64,000 nt of DNA from Firmicutes bacterium UBA3572 (lineage in GTDB: Bacteria > Bacillota > Desulfotomaculia > Desulfotomaculales > Desulforudaceae). The translations under genes were made by a program, and so were the position numbers. Shown one piece after another: positions 1 through 8,956 of the stretch. The stretch is taken from contig DFNH01000012.1 in assembly GCA_002375985.1 (NCBI GenBank), positions 2,618 to 66,617 on the forward strand. Direction: 5' to 3'. Each line of letters opens with the position of its first letter. Position 1 is the stretch's first letter. The notes under the pieces are model-generated. The model did not search any database and was not told where the DNA came from. It saw only the letters and a program-made list of their open reading frames with translations.

Positions 1-243
1 GATCAAAAACAGACCCAGACCGATACCCAGCGCCAGCCGGCGCTGCCCCGCCAGACCCACGATCAGCATCACCACGGCGATGAAGACCACCGGATCAGGC
101 CAGAGCAGGAAGTCGCGCAGGGAGACGATGATGCTCTCGCTCACCGTTTTGATAAAGGAAAACAACCAGGAGAGATTATTCTGTGCGAGTCCGATCAAAA
201 CATCGACCCATTGCCCCACGGGAATCTTCGGGATCAGTTCCAC
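1..243 (-). CDS. opuAB: glycine betaine/proline ABC transporter permease, N-terminal part (gene continues past window start)
   Basis: GTG at 243 overlaps the TGA of the upstream ATPase gene (GTGGAACTGA). Translation is VELIPKIPVGQWVDVLIGLAQNNLSWLFSFIKTV... followed by a hydrophobic segment, typical of a ProW/OpuAB N-terminus. Frame is open to position 1. Confidence 0.6.
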   Translation of the reverse strand, partial: MELIPKIPVGQWVDVLIGLAQNNLSWLFSFIKTVSESIIVSLRDFLLWPDPVVFIAVVMLIVGLAGQRRLALGIGLGLFLI

Positions 244-1442
244 GCGACCTCATCCTTTCGCACCAGCCCGGCCAGAAGCGAACCGCGCACGACTACTCCC
301 AGCAGTTTCCCGTCCTCCCGGACTACGGCCACCGGGTACCGCGAATTAGCCAACACCGGAATGATTTCGGCTACCGGAGCATCCAGGGCGGTGCGCGGAA
401 AGTCCTGGATCAGGATACGGGAAAGGTCCTCATCGTTGCGCTCCGCCGCCGCCAGCGCGTCGTCGGCCGTCACTATCCCGGCCAGTTTCCGGTCACGGGT
501 GACCACGAACACAGACGAAAGGCCCCGTTCCCGCATCCGACGCAGGGCTACGCGCGGACCGTCCTTCAGGGCCACCGCCTCCGCGGGTTTCATCACCCCT
601 TCGGCAGTTAATATCCGGGTCACGTCCACGTCTTCCACAAACCGGCGGACGTATTCATTGGCGGGGCGGGTTAGGATCTCCTCCGGCGTGCCCAACTGCA
701 CGATCTCCCCGTCTTTCATCAAGGCGATCCGGTCGCCCAACTTCAACGCCTCGTCCAGGTCGTGGGTTACGAAAACGATGGTCTTGTTCACCTGACTCTG
801 CAGGGAAAGCAGTTCGTCCTGCATGTCCCGCCTGATCAACGGGTCCAAGGCGCTGAACGGCTCATCCATCAGGAGTACATCCGGATCGGAAACCAACGCC
901 CGGGCCAAGCCCACCCGCTGCTGCATACCGCCGCTGAGGCTGCCGGGATAGTATTCCTCCCAGCCCTTGAGTCCCACCATTTCGAGGGTGGCACGTGCTT
1001 TCTCCGCGCGCACCTTTTTGTCCACGCCCTGCACTTCCAGGCCGAAAGCTACGTTGTCCAGCACCGTCCGGTGGGGAAACAGGGCGAAACGCTGAAACAC
1101 CATCCCCAGCCTTTTGCGCCTGATTTCCCTGAGTTCAGCCTCGTCAACGGTAGTGATATCCCGGCCGTCCAGTTCGATCGTGCCGCTGGTGGGTTCGATG
1201 AGCCGGTTCAGGCACCGGAGCAGCGTTGACTTGCCGCTACCGGAAAGCCCCATCAAGACGAAGATCTCCCCTTCCTCCACCGCCAGGTTGACGTTGTTGA
1301 TGCCTACCGTCTGCCTGGTCTTGGCCAGGATCTCTTCCTTGCTGCGTCCCTCCCGCAAGAGTTTCAGCGCCCGGTCCGGGTGATCCCCGAAAATCTTAAC
1401 CAGGTTTTTCACCAAGATCTTGGCCATTATCGCCAACATCAC
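234..1442 (-). CDS. opuAA: glycine betaine/proline ABC transporter ATP-binding protein with C-terminal tandem CBS domains
   Basis: Walker A GLSGSGKST, signature LSGGMQQRVGLARAL, Walker B LLMDEPFSALD, then a CBS-like C-terminus. AAGGAG lies just upstream. Exact start is ambiguous (GTG 1442, ATG 1439, TTG 1436). Confidence 0.9.
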   Translation of the reverse strand: MMLAIMAKILVKNLVKIFGDHPDRALKLLREGRSKEEILAKTRQTVGINNVNLAVEEGEIFVLMGLSGSGKSTLLRCLNRLIEPTSGTIELDGRDITTVDEAELREIRRKRLGMVFQRFALFPHRTVLDNVAFGLEVQGVDKKVRAEKARATLEMVGLKGWEEYYPGSLSGGMQQRVGLARALVSDPDVLLMDEPFSALDPLIRRDMQDELLSLQSQVNKTIVFVTHDLDEALKLGDRIALMKDGEIVQLGTPEEILTRPANEYVRRFVEDVDVTRILTAEGVMKPAEAVALKDGPRVALRRMRERGLSSVFVVTRDRKLAGIVTADDALAAAERNDEDLSRILIQDFPRTALDAPVAEIIPVLANSRYPVAVVREDGKLLGVVVRGSLLAGLVRKDEVAWN

Positions 1443-1459
1443 ACTCCTTACACAAACAC

Positions 1460-1495
1460 AAAAAAACCCGAGGGAGGCCTCCGGGTTTCAAAAAA
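1460..1495 (-). terminator. intrinsic terminator forming the expression platform of the opuA leader
   Basis: Minus strand reads ACCCGGAGGCCUCCCUCGGGU followed by a U7 run, immediately 5' of the opuAA Shine-Dalgarno. Confidence 0.7.
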
Positions 1496-1504
1496 TTCCT
1501 AAAC

Positions 1505-1640
1505 ACCCCCCTTCCTACGCGCTTACGAGGTTAGCTGACGGACTTGGTCCGGAAGACAGCCCTACCCGCTCACGCGGGATTCGTCCCAACGAAACCTATA
1601 TGGGTCCCCCCTTTTCCCATACGGGAAATTCAGTAATAAG
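1505..1640 (-). promoter_or_regulatory. c-di-AMP riboswitch (ydaO-yuaA class)
   Basis: Minus strand contains GGGGGGACCCA ... GGGACGAAUCC ... CCGGACCAAGUCCGUCAGCUAACCUCGUAAGCG. These match the conserved blocks of the ydaO motif as I remember it (GGGGGACCCA / GGGGUGAAUCC / CCGAACCCGACAGCUAACCUCGUAAGCG). It lies upstream of an osmoprotectant transporter, a classic context. Confidence 0.75.
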
Positions 1641-1678
1641 GGTCTGTTATGCTGTTGTTGGTTGGTTTTGTTAGCATG

Positions 1679-1708
1679 ATCCTAACACATCGTAAAATAG
1701 CTTGTCAA
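1679..1708 (-). promoter_or_regulatory. candidate sigma-A promoter for the riboswitch-opuA transcript
   Basis: Minus strand has TTGACA, an 18-nt spacer, then TAGGAT, about 40 nt upstream of the riboswitch. Confidence 0.45.
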
Positions 1709-1832
1709 ATGACTAACTAAACCATCCTCAGATATTAGGCATAGTTGCTAAAAGTTTATGCATTCGTATATTTTTGGGACCAATTCACATAATAGAACAA
1801 AATCTGCCTCAAACGGGAGGAGGTGAAACGGA

Positions 1833-2096
1833 ATGCACCACTTTAACCAGATGAGCCAGTACGAAAAACTGTCCATTTCCGATTTATTGAAGCAGGAGAA
1901 TCTCTGCGCTAAGAAACTGTCGGCATACGTCAACCAGGTTCAGGACCCCCAGATCCGTTCGGCTTTAAGCCAGTACCAGAATCTCTGTCAGCAACACATG
2001 AACATGCTGAACAATCTGATGCAGCAGGCCGGGCAGGCCGGGGCGCAACAGGTGGGCGGCTCCATGCCTAACCCCACCGGCGGACCGATGACCTAA
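1833..2096 (+). CDS. spore coat protein F-like (Coat F domain), short form
   Basis: GGAGGAGG RBS lies 8 nt upstream. Coat-F-like helical region LSISDLLKQENLCAKKLSAYVNQVQDPQIRSAL with a Q/G/P-rich tail. Adjacent to a second CotF-like gene. Confidence 0.65.
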   Translation: MHHFNQMSQYEKLSISDLLKQENLCAKKLSAYVNQVQDPQIRSALSQYQNLCQQHMNMLNNLMQQAGQAGAQQVGGSMPNPTGGPMT

Positions 2097-2125
2097 CCAC
2101 AGCGCAGCAAGGAGGGATGGATTTA

Positions 2126-2440
2126 ATGAGATTGGACGACAAGGACATCATGACCGACTGCCTGAACAGCGCCAAGTTTGTGTCTACCAATTACCACAGG
2201 GCCATCTTGGAAGCCTCCAACGATAACATTCGGAACACCTTCTTCCGGATGCATAACGGCACACTGGCCATGCAAAAGACGCTGTTTGACCTGATGCACC
2301 AGCGGGGTTGGTACCAGGTTGAGCCGGCCACCGGGGTCGGTGCGCAAATGCAACCCCAAATGCAACATCAAGCGCCGCATCATTACCGGCCGGAAATGCA
2401 ACAGTTCCAGAGCCCCAATCCCAACCAGCCGGGTTTCTAG
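2126..2440 (+). CDS. spore coat protein F-like (Coat F domain)
   Basis: DKDIMTDCLNSAKFVSTNYHRAILEASNDNIRNTF...QRGWYQV matches the CotF family pattern. The ORF track starts at 2117, but AAGGAGGG spacing favours ATG 2126. Confidence 0.75.
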   Translation: MRLDDKDIMTDCLNSAKFVSTNYHRAILEASNDNIRNTFFRMHNGTLAMQKTLFDLMHQRGWYQVEPATGVGAQMQPQMQHQAPHHYRPEMQQFQSPNPNQPGF

Positions 2441-2455
2441 GCCGCATTCGGAAAG

Positions 2456-2490
2456 CTTCGCAGCCTCAGGCTGCGAAGTTTTATCTTTTC
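2456..2490 (+). terminator. intrinsic terminator after the cotF-like pair
   Basis: CTTCGCAGCC-TCA-GGCTGCGAAG hairpin followed by TTTTATCTTTT. Confidence 0.75.
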
Positions 2491-2502
2491 GCGATCTTTT
2501 GG

Positions 2503-3136
2503 ATGTCAAAGCCTATGGACACTCCCAACACCGTAGCCGTGGCCATAGTCCGGCAGCTGAAAGCCTGGGGCGTTGACGTCGTGTTCGGCGCGGCCGGTGA
2601 CGCGATCATCCCGCTGATAGACGCACTGGCGGCGGAGGAAGGTATCCGTTTCCATGCCTCCCGCCGTGAGGACGCCGCCGCGTTCATGGCTTCGGCCTAC
2701 GCCAAACTGACCGGCAAACCCGGCGTGTGCATCGGCACCTCGGGTCCGGGCGCCGTGAACCTCCTGAACGGGATCGCCGACGCCGCCCAGGACCGGGTGC
2801 CACTGGTGGCGATCACCGGACAGGTGGAAAGCACCTACGTGGGCACGGCGTACAAGCAGCACTTTGACCACCAGATCCTGTTCCGGGCCTTCGCCGCCCA
2901 CACCGCCCAGCTCGCCAATCCCGCCTCCGCCGCCGCGTTGGTCAGCCGGGCGCTGAAAACAGGAAACCGCGGCTAATGCCCCGGCCCAGGCCGACTTCTG
3001 CCTGGTTATCGGAGCCACCTGGTGGCCCAAGGACTATACCCCGCACTCCGTACCCGTGATTCAGATCGGCAGCGTGCCGGGAAACATAGGCGTACGGACC
3101 CTGGTGGCCTTCGGCATCGCCGGAATTAAGTTCTGA
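2503..3136 (+). pseudogene. remnant of a thiamine-diphosphate-dependent enzyme (acetolactate synthase / pyruvate oxidase family)
   Basis: An intact N-terminal TPP_N domain (GVDVVFGAAGDAIIPLIDAL ... GTSGPGAVNLLNGIADA) ends at a stop at 2976. A second frame (2990-3136) encodes only ADFCLVIGATWW...VIQIGSVPGNIG, a piece of the middle domain. The C-terminal PP-binding domain is absent. Confidence 0.75.
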
Positions 3137-3190
3137 GCCAGCGCAAGGAGAACCGCCGTCCCTGGGCAGAATAGCAGATGATTTCTCTTG

Positions 3191-3296
3191 AACCTGCCGA
3201 TCGCCGTCAGTCCGGACGGGGAAAACAGTTTTCTCACCGCGCTGTTCACGGCCACCCCGGCCGCCTGCGTGGTCGGGCTGGTGGTCGTGGGTACCG
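3191..3296 (+). repeat. degenerate duplicate of the ktrB 5' coding segment
   Basis: 3191-3296 (PIAVSPDGENSFLTALFTATPAACVVGLVVVGT) parallels 3488-3593 (PAAVAPGGDNSFLVALFTATSATCVVGLVVVDT) of the real gene at both nucleotide and protein level. Confidence 0.7.
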
Positions 3297-3358
3297 CTTT
3301 GCCGGTCAACCACAGCGCATGGCAGGGAAAACATAGTGCGGGTCGAATACCAGGAGAC

Positions 3359-4726
3359 ATGGACACAGACAACCGGCAGGAAATCCTCTCTGTTCAATCC
3401 AAACAATACGGGCGGTTCTTTACCCCCCAGCGGAGCCTGCTTATGGGTTTTGCGCTGATCATCGCCGTGGGCACCGTCCTTTTGAGCCTGCCCGCTGCCG
3501 TCGCCCCCGGAGGTGATAACAGTTTTCTGGTCGCCTTGTTCACCGCGACGTCGGCCACTTGCGTCGTGGGCCTGGTGGTGGTGGACACCGGCACCAATTG
3601 GTCCACCTTCGGACACATTGTCATCTTGTCCCTGATTCAGATCGGCGGCATGGGCTTCGTGGTGGTGACCACCTTGATTTTTGTCTTGATTGGACGCCGG
3701 ATCGGGCTCCGCCAGCGCCTGCTGATCCAGGAGTCCATGAGCCAGGTGCCGGTAGGGGGTACGGTACGCCTGGTGCTGCAGGTCATCATCATCGTGTTGG
3801 TGGTTGAGGCCTGTGCCGCCCTGGTGCTCGCCACCCGGTTCGTGCCCGAATTCGGTTGGGGCACGGGGCTTTGGATGAGCGTTTTCCACAGTGTATCCGC
3901 CTTCAACAACGCCGGGTTCGACCTCTTCGGCGGGTTTCAGAGCCTGACGGCCTACACCGGAGACCTGGTGGTCAATCTGGGCATCGCCATCCCGGTGATT
4001 CTTGGGGGGTTGGGATTTGTGGTCATCGTCGACGTGTACCAGCAGCGCCGGTTCCGAAAGCTTTCCCTGCACAGCAAAGTGGTCATTGGAGCCACCGTGC
4101 TTCTCCTGCTGTTCAGCACCCTGGTGGTCCTGTTGCTGGAGTACAACCGCGCTTTCGCGGACCTAAGCGGCCCAGACAAGGTTATGGCCTCGGTTTTTCA
4201 GGCGGTAACCCCCCGTTCTGCGGGTTTTAGCACGGTGGCAACCGACAGCCTGCATGCGGCCACCCAGTTTTTTACCATCGGACTGATGTTCATTGGCGCC
4301 GGACCAAACTCGGTCACCGGCGGCATCAAGGTCACCGCCCTAGCCGTCCTGATCCTAGCCGTGTGGAGCATGGCTCGCGGCCGTGAAGGCATCGAAGTGG
4401 CCAACCGCCGGATTCCCCAGCACCTGGTCTACAAAGCGGTGGCCGTGACCATTATCCTATTTAGCCTGATTTTTCTGGTCACCCTGATTCTATCCGTTAC
4501 CGAAGACGCCGACTTCCTGACCACCCTTTTCGAGGCCACCTCGGCCATCTGCATCGTCGGGCTTTCCATGGGCCTCACTCCGGATTTGTCCCCGGCGGGC
4601 AAGCTGATCATCACCATGTGCATGTTTATCGGCCGCCTCGGCCCGCTCACCGCGGCCCTCGCCCTGGCCAAACCGCCCAAGAAAGCCAAACTGAAACGAC
4701 CCGAGGAATCTGTCCTGATCGGCTAA
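3359..4726 (+). CDS. ktrB: Ktr/Trk-type potassium uptake membrane subunit
   Basis: TrkH family pattern with repeated M1-P-M2 units (IQIGGMGF, NNAGFDL, RSAGFST, TGGIKV). The ORF-track TTG start at 3188 only adds the duplicated fragment, so ATG 3359 is preferred. Confidence 0.85.
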   Translation: MDTDNRQEILSVQSKQYGRFFTPQRSLLMGFALIIAVGTVLLSLPAAVAPGGDNSFLVALFTATSATCVVGLVVVDTGTNWSTFGHIVILSLIQIGGMGFVVVTTLIFVLIGRRIGLRQRLLIQESMSQVPVGGTVRLVLQVIIIVLVVEACAALVLATRFVPEFGWGTGLWMSVFHSVSAFNNAGFDLFGGFQSLTAYTGDLVVNLGIAIPVILGGLGFVVIVDVYQQRRFRKLSLHSKVVIGATVLLLLFSTLVVLLLEYNRAFADLSGPDKVMASVFQAVTPRSAGFSTVATDSLHAATQFFTIGLMFIGAGPNSVTGGIKVTALAVLILAVWSMARGREGIEVANRRIPQHLVYKAVAVTIILFSLIFLVTLILSVTEDADFLTTLFEATSAICIVGLSMGLTPDLSPAGKLIITMCMFIGRLGPLTAALALAKPPKKAKLKRPEESVLIG

Positions 4727-4789
4727 CAAAAAGGTGACAGGGCCTGTTTATCCGCAGCCGGACGTCCACCCAGCCCATATTGTTGCGGG

Positions 4790-5269
4790 CTACGCGCGTT
4801 TCTCCACCGTAAGGCGGATTTCCCCTTCCAGTTGGTGCGCGGGTGTAGTAACCAGATCCTTCAAAAACACCAATTCCGGCGGAGCGGCCAGACGGTAACC
4901 GTTAGCAACCATGAACCTGATCAGACCCTGTAAGGCGCTGCCGAGGGTGTCCAGGGAGCCCTCGTGGGTAGTCACCAACACTTCGCGGTCCGGGATTTCC
5001 TTCAACCCCGGCGCGGTATCGGTATGCGGATGGGATAAAGATGCGCTAGTTTTGAGCGGAATACGGACCTCCCATAGCAATTCTTCGGGAGGCAGGTAGG
5101 GATTGTTCAGAAAAACGCCGATGGGTTGGCCTGCCGGGGTATGGCCGTTCTCCTTGATCCAAAGATTCAATTCCTGCACCGTGTCCGGAATGAGATCGTA
5201 AGGTCCCTTTCCCGACTTGTACACTACCGTTTGTGCTGGGAGCTTCTTCAAAGCAACCATTTCGGGCAT
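4790..5269 (-). CDS. GyrI-like / effector-binding domain protein
   Basis: About 160 aa with duplicated beta-alpha-beta-beta halves (VVYKSGKGPYDLIPDTVQELNLWIKENG ... THEGSLDTLGSALQGLIRFMVANGY). GAGGAGG lies 8 nt before ATG 5269. Confidence 0.6.
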   Translation of the reverse strand: MPEMVALKKLPAQTVVYKSGKGPYDLIPDTVQELNLWIKENGHTPAGQPIGVFLNNPYLPPEELLWEVRIPLKTSASLSHPHTDTAPGLKEIPDREVLVTTHEGSLDTLGSALQGLIRFMVANGYRLAAPPELVFLKDLVTTPAHQLEGEIRLTVEKRA

Positions 5270-5385
5270 AACCAAAACCTCCTCGGGTTCGCTCAAGCTC
5301 AGCCTAACGGCCAAAGTTCCGCCGCTTCAGTCTCAAATCCGTGTCCCACCGGCACACAGCATTGGTCCCAAGCCCCGCCGAAATC

Positions 5386-5922
5386 CTAGTAATGCTCGCA
5401 TAACACCTCAAAGAAGCTTTTCGGATGTGCGCAGGCTGGGCATTTGTCCGGAGCCTCTTTCCCTTGGTGGTTATAGCCGCAATTCCGGCATTTCCAGGTA
5501 ACGGTCTCATCCTTGGCAAAAGCCTTACCCACGCGGATGTTCTGGAGCAGCGCCCGAAAACGGCGTTCGTGATACTCTTCGGCCCGTGCAATACTCTCCA
5601 GGACGGTAGCAATTTCGTCGAAGCCCTCTTCCCGGGCAACCTGGGCGAACTCCTTGTACATAGTGGTCCACTCGTAATGTTCGCCCTCGATGGCGGCCTC
5701 CAGGTTGGCTTCGGTATCCTTGATGCCCTGGAGAAACTTCAGTAAGGTCTTGGCGTGTGCTTTCTCGTGTTCCGCCGTTTCGAGAAAAGCACCGCAAATC
5801 TGTTCATACCCTTCTTTCTTGGCCACAGCGGCGAAATAGATGTACTTGTTTCTAGCCTGGGATTCACCCGCGAAAGCAGCCTTAAGATTGGCTTCGGTCC
5901 TGGTACCCCTGAGATCCTTCAT
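5386..5922 (-). CDS. rbr: rubrerythrin
   Basis: Ferritin-like diiron motifs (ESQARNKY, EHEKAH, EGEHYE, AEEYHERRF) plus a C-terminal rubredoxin CRNCG...CPAC. GGAGGA RBS before ATG 5922. Confidence 0.9.
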   Translation of the reverse strand: MKDLRGTRTEANLKAAFAGESQARNKYIYFAAVAKKEGYEQICGAFLETAEHEKAHAKTLLKFLQGIKDTEANLEAAIEGEHYEWTTMYKEFAQVAREEGFDEIATVLESIARAEEYHERRFRALLQNIRVGKAFAKDETVTWKCRNCGYNHQGKEAPDKCPACAHPKSFFEVLCEHY

Positions 5923-6027
5923 CACCGCTTCCTCCTCTACCACTGTTGGTTATACATGGTTTTCAATTCACCGCAACTCGCGCTTTTCCTGCTTAGGCAA
6001 TTATTCTCAGACAACCTTTCGGAAGGA

Positions 6028-6561
6028 CTAAGTCCCGGAACGACAACCAATCTTTGGATCCATGGTGGTGTCACTGGGGAAAATCAGCCGTTTTCCAATG
6101 TCCGCTTCGAACCGGTACTGCGTTCTAATGGCAATGGGGTTGTTGAACACGTCCTTATACGTGACCAACACCTTCACGTGAAGATTCTTTTGGCCCTGGA
6201 CTCGGTAGCTGGTCGGTAATTCTATCCTCTGCCCCGGTCCGAAAAAGGCGATGTGCTCCCGGCTGTACAAATCACCATCGCAATAAACATCAATGTCCAT
6301 GGCCGCACCTGGTCCAACGTTTCTGATAAACAGGTTCGGCGGTTTGGCACCGTTGCCGTGTTTCTTCAACACGGCGTACAGGAGGGGCCGAAAATGTGCC
6401 AGCCGCGATTCGTACATTTCGCGCGCCGTGCTACGGGCGGCACGCACCGAGAAAAAAGTCAAAAAAGCAAGGGCCGCCGTGGCCGCCGCCGAAAGAGTCG
6501 GACCTAGCGCCTGCAAAGCAGATAAATCCATGCCGGTTCCCCCGGGTAACTTAGCATTCAC
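6028..6561 (-). CDS. hypothetical membrane-anchored protein (one N-terminal TM, beta-rich C-terminal domain)
   Basis: Long ORF with a TM segment (LSAAATAALAFLTFFSV). I recognise no family. Start is GTG 6561 or ATG 6531. Confidence 0.5.
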   Translation of the reverse strand: MNAKLPGGTGMDLSALQALGPTLSAAATAALAFLTFFSVRAARSTAREMYESRLAHFRPLLYAVLKKHGNGAKPPNLFIRNVGPGAAMDIDVYCDGDLYSREHIAFFGPGQRIELPTSYRVQGQKNLHVKVLVTYKDVFNNPIAIRTQYRFEADIGKRLIFPSDTTMDPKIGCRSGT

Positions 6562-6726
6562 CGCTAGATTTCCCCGCCTACCGCTGTTTTACCCCCACAA
6601 CAAGACGCCCGGAATATCAGACGTCCTTAGATGTCGGACAGCCGACTGACGTTAACGGCTTATTAAGGCAACATGGGCATGAGGCTCGGAGGCTTGGACT
6701 AATACATTAAGGAGGTTCCCTGATTA

Positions 6727-6951
6727 ATGACCGGGTACTGTCAGGTTTGCAACCGGGTCGGCGAGCTGCAGGACAACTGCGTAATCGAAGTCTGCCGCCA
6801 GTGCTGGTACGTTTATTCCCGGGCGCGCCGATTGGTGGTGGCTACGGTTACTTGTGACGGATGTGCCGCGTGGCAAAGATCGGTATTCGATGGCGAAACC
6901 CCCCAGTGCCGGGACTGCGACAACCAGAGACAACCGGCAGCAGCCGGGTAG
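6727..6951 (+). CDS. small cysteine-rich protein (four CxxC pairs, probable double zinc ribbon)
   Basis: AAGGAGG RBS lies 9 nt upstream. CxxC at residues 5/8, 23/26, 43/46 and 61/64. Confidence 0.55.
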   Translation: MTGYCQVCNRVGELQDNCVIEVCRQCWYVYSRARRLVVATVTCDGCAAWQRSVFDGETPQCRDCDNQRQPAAAG

Positions 6952-6962
6952 GTGCTAATCGC

Positions 6963-8129
6963 CTAGCGCTGCTTTTGTTTCAGATACCCCCTGATTCGGG
7001 CGGTCAGTGTGGCCGCCCGTTTATTTGCCTCTTTAACGAGGTGCTTGGCGGCCTCCGGGTTGTTCAACCAGTAGAACCCCCCACCCGCTACGCCCACCAC
7101 CAGCAGGACTAGCAGGATGTTCCGCCAGACCGGGGCCCGATCCTGTTCTTGCACCGGTGCCCGCCCCAATGGTCCGGTCTCCGGCCCGTACAGGTAAAGG
7201 CGCACTCCCTCTGCAAACCTGGTAATCCCTTCTTTGGCCGCCCGGAGCGTGTTCTCGTGTGACCCCACCTCCAGCAACAACTTCAAAGGGTGCAAATCCT
7301 GATTGTAGTTGCCGTTGGCGATGAACACGCCGCGGATCAGGCCGGGATGAACTCCGTCAATGAACCTCTTTAGGTCGAAGGCAAAGCTCCGGTTCACCGC
7401 GAAGTGCGGGTTCTGGCGACCGACCACGAACATGATTTGGGCCACCCACTCGCCGTCCACCTTTTCGGCATAGGCATACCAGGGCGCCGCGTCTCGGTGA
7501 ATGTCGAAAATGGCGTCGGGCTCCTCGGCCAACAGATCCAGGGCCGTGTCCCGCGCCCGACGGTATGCACCCCGGTCGTGCGGCAGATGGATGTCCTCTC
7601 TGTGGATCACCTCCACGCCCTGCTCCTCCAGAGTCTCGCGGAACACCTTGCCTACCCTGTGAACATCTCCTCGACCGTCTACATTTACTTTTCCACGTTC
7701 GGGAAAGTAAGACTCGCCGTTGTGCGTATGGTAAACGGCAATCCGCCGGTTGGGCAGTCCCTGCACGGGCACCGTCCCCACCCCCGCGCCACCACCAAGC
7801 CCGGAAAACACAGTCTCGGGCTCGGAAGAAAAGGTGCGCAGGTAACGCGCGTAACCCACCCGGCCCTCCACCCGCTCCACCTCGTACAACCGGTTGTCAC
7901 CGGACAAATACTGGTCTCCGGGTTCTAGGCGCCGGCCGGTATGGATAATCGTGCGGCCTTCTTCGTCCACCATCCGGTAGTATAGTTCCTCGGCGATTTC
8001 CCGGTCCACCAACTCGTCGAACTGTTCCGCCAACCCGGCCACCGCTGTGGATCCGGGGGCACCCGGGACCAACACCACACCCAGAACCAGCGCCAGAGCA
8101 ACCGCAATCGGACGCAAACCGTTAAGCAT
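6963..8129 (-). CDS. spoIIP: stage II sporulation protein P
   Basis: N-terminal signal/TM and the SpoIIP amidase-like core (YHTHNGESY, DIHRDA, LLEVGSHENT). An extra C-terminal TM and basic tail are present. Confidence 0.85.
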   Translation of the reverse strand: MLNGLRPIAVALALVLGVVLVPGAPGSTAVAGLAEQFDELVDREIAEELYYRMVDEEGRTIIHTGRRLEPGDQYLSGDNRLYEVERVEGRVGYARYLRTFSSEPETVFSGLGGGAGVGTVPVQGLPNRRIAVYHTHNGESYFPERGKVNVDGRGDVHRVGKVFRETLEEQGVEVIHREDIHLPHDRGAYRRARDTALDLLAEEPDAIFDIHRDAAPWYAYAEKVDGEWVAQIMFVVGRQNPHFAVNRSFAFDLKRFIDGVHPGLIRGVFIANGNYNQDLHPLKLLLEVGSHENTLRAAKEGITRFAEGVRLYLYGPETGPLGRAPVQEQDRAPVWRNILLVLLVVGVAGGGFYWLNNPEAAKHLVKEANKRAATLTARIRGYLKQKQR

Positions 8130-8754
8130 TGGCCGGCCCTCCTTTCAGCCGTTCCCGAATCTCCCCGATCAACTCGGCCAGCAGCACGGCGAACACACCG
8201 GCTACCACCACGGCACCGAACACGCCGCCGCCCCCCAGCACCACCGTTCCCATGGGCCTCCCCGCGATCAGGTTCCAAGCCCACAACCCCGTGTCAAGCA
8301 AAATGATTCCAAGCACGCCGCCGATAAAAGCCGCCCGGCGGGATCGACCCAGCAGGTAGGCCACCAGCCCCGCTACTAGGGGAGGCAGGTACAACGGGTC
8401 AATGTCCAGCCAGCCAACGCCCGGTTGCCCCGGCAGCAGCAATTCCAGACTCCATACGGCCAATGCGGCGATCACCGCCGCCAACATACCCCGTATCTTT
8501 TCCAGGCGACTGTCCGCCGTGGCTAACAAATAGACGCTCACTCCCAAAGGAATCAAGGCGCCCCCGACATTAAAGGCCAGTCCCCGCCCCAGCACGATGT
8601 CGGGCGCAAATCCACCCACCAGCATCAGCCCCAGCACAGCCAGGGCCTGACCCTTGGTAAGGCGCATGCGGTCCAGCACCCGGTGCAAGAGACCGAGAAA
8701 TACCATGGCCAAGAGGGTCATCAGGATCAGTACGGGGATGGATTGCAAAAACAA
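8122..8754 (-). CDS. polytopic membrane protein (possibly DUF1614 family)
   Basis: Glycine-rich multi-TM protein whose stop overlaps the spoIIP start. AAGGGAG RBS before TTG 8754 is preferred over the track start at 8811. Confidence 0.55.
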   Translation of the reverse strand: MFLQSIPVLILMTLLAMVFLGLLHRVLDRMRLTKGQALAVLGLMLVGGFAPDIVLGRGLAFNVGGALIPLGVSVYLLATADSRLEKIRGMLAAVIAALAVWSLELLLPGQPGVGWLDIDPLYLPPLVAGLVAYLLGRSRRAAFIGGVLGIILLDTGLWAWNLIAGRPMGTVVLGGGGVFGAVVVAGVFAVLLAELIGEIRERLKGGPANA

Positions 8755-8864
8755 GGCCGACTCCCTTTTCGTTCCCCAACAGGGAATAGTTCTTTGTCGG
8801 GACAAAAACACCTAACGTTCATAGCTTTTGCCAGACTCCGCCCGCCGTATTCTGAAAACGCAAG

Positions 8865-8909
8865 GTCGCGCTTGCCGAATCCTGGCGGCAAAACCTGTGC
8901 GCGCGGGAG
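8865..8909. repeat. repeat module X, copy A (inverted relative to copy B at 20443-20487)
   Basis: The reverse complement CTCCCGCGCGCACAGGTTTTGCCGCCAGGATTCGGCAAGCGCGAC matches 20443-20487 at 41 of 45 positions. Contains a TTGCCG/CGGCAA hairpin. Confidence 0.8.
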
Positions 8910-8956
8910 GTAGAAGTATCCAGAGGATGTTCCGAGATGCTGCGTAAGCTGTCGCA

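Noticed and set aside
3188-3358. TTG start at 3188 giving a 512-aa KtrB.
   Set aside because: The extra 57 codons are a diverged duplicate of an internal ktrB segment plus junk. ATG 3359 gives a normal-length TrkH-family protein.
5944-6027. Possible PerR/Fur-type operator upstream of rubrerythrin (GAGAATAATTGCC).
   Set aside because: Only a weak half-match to the TTATAAT-N-ATTATAA type consensus.
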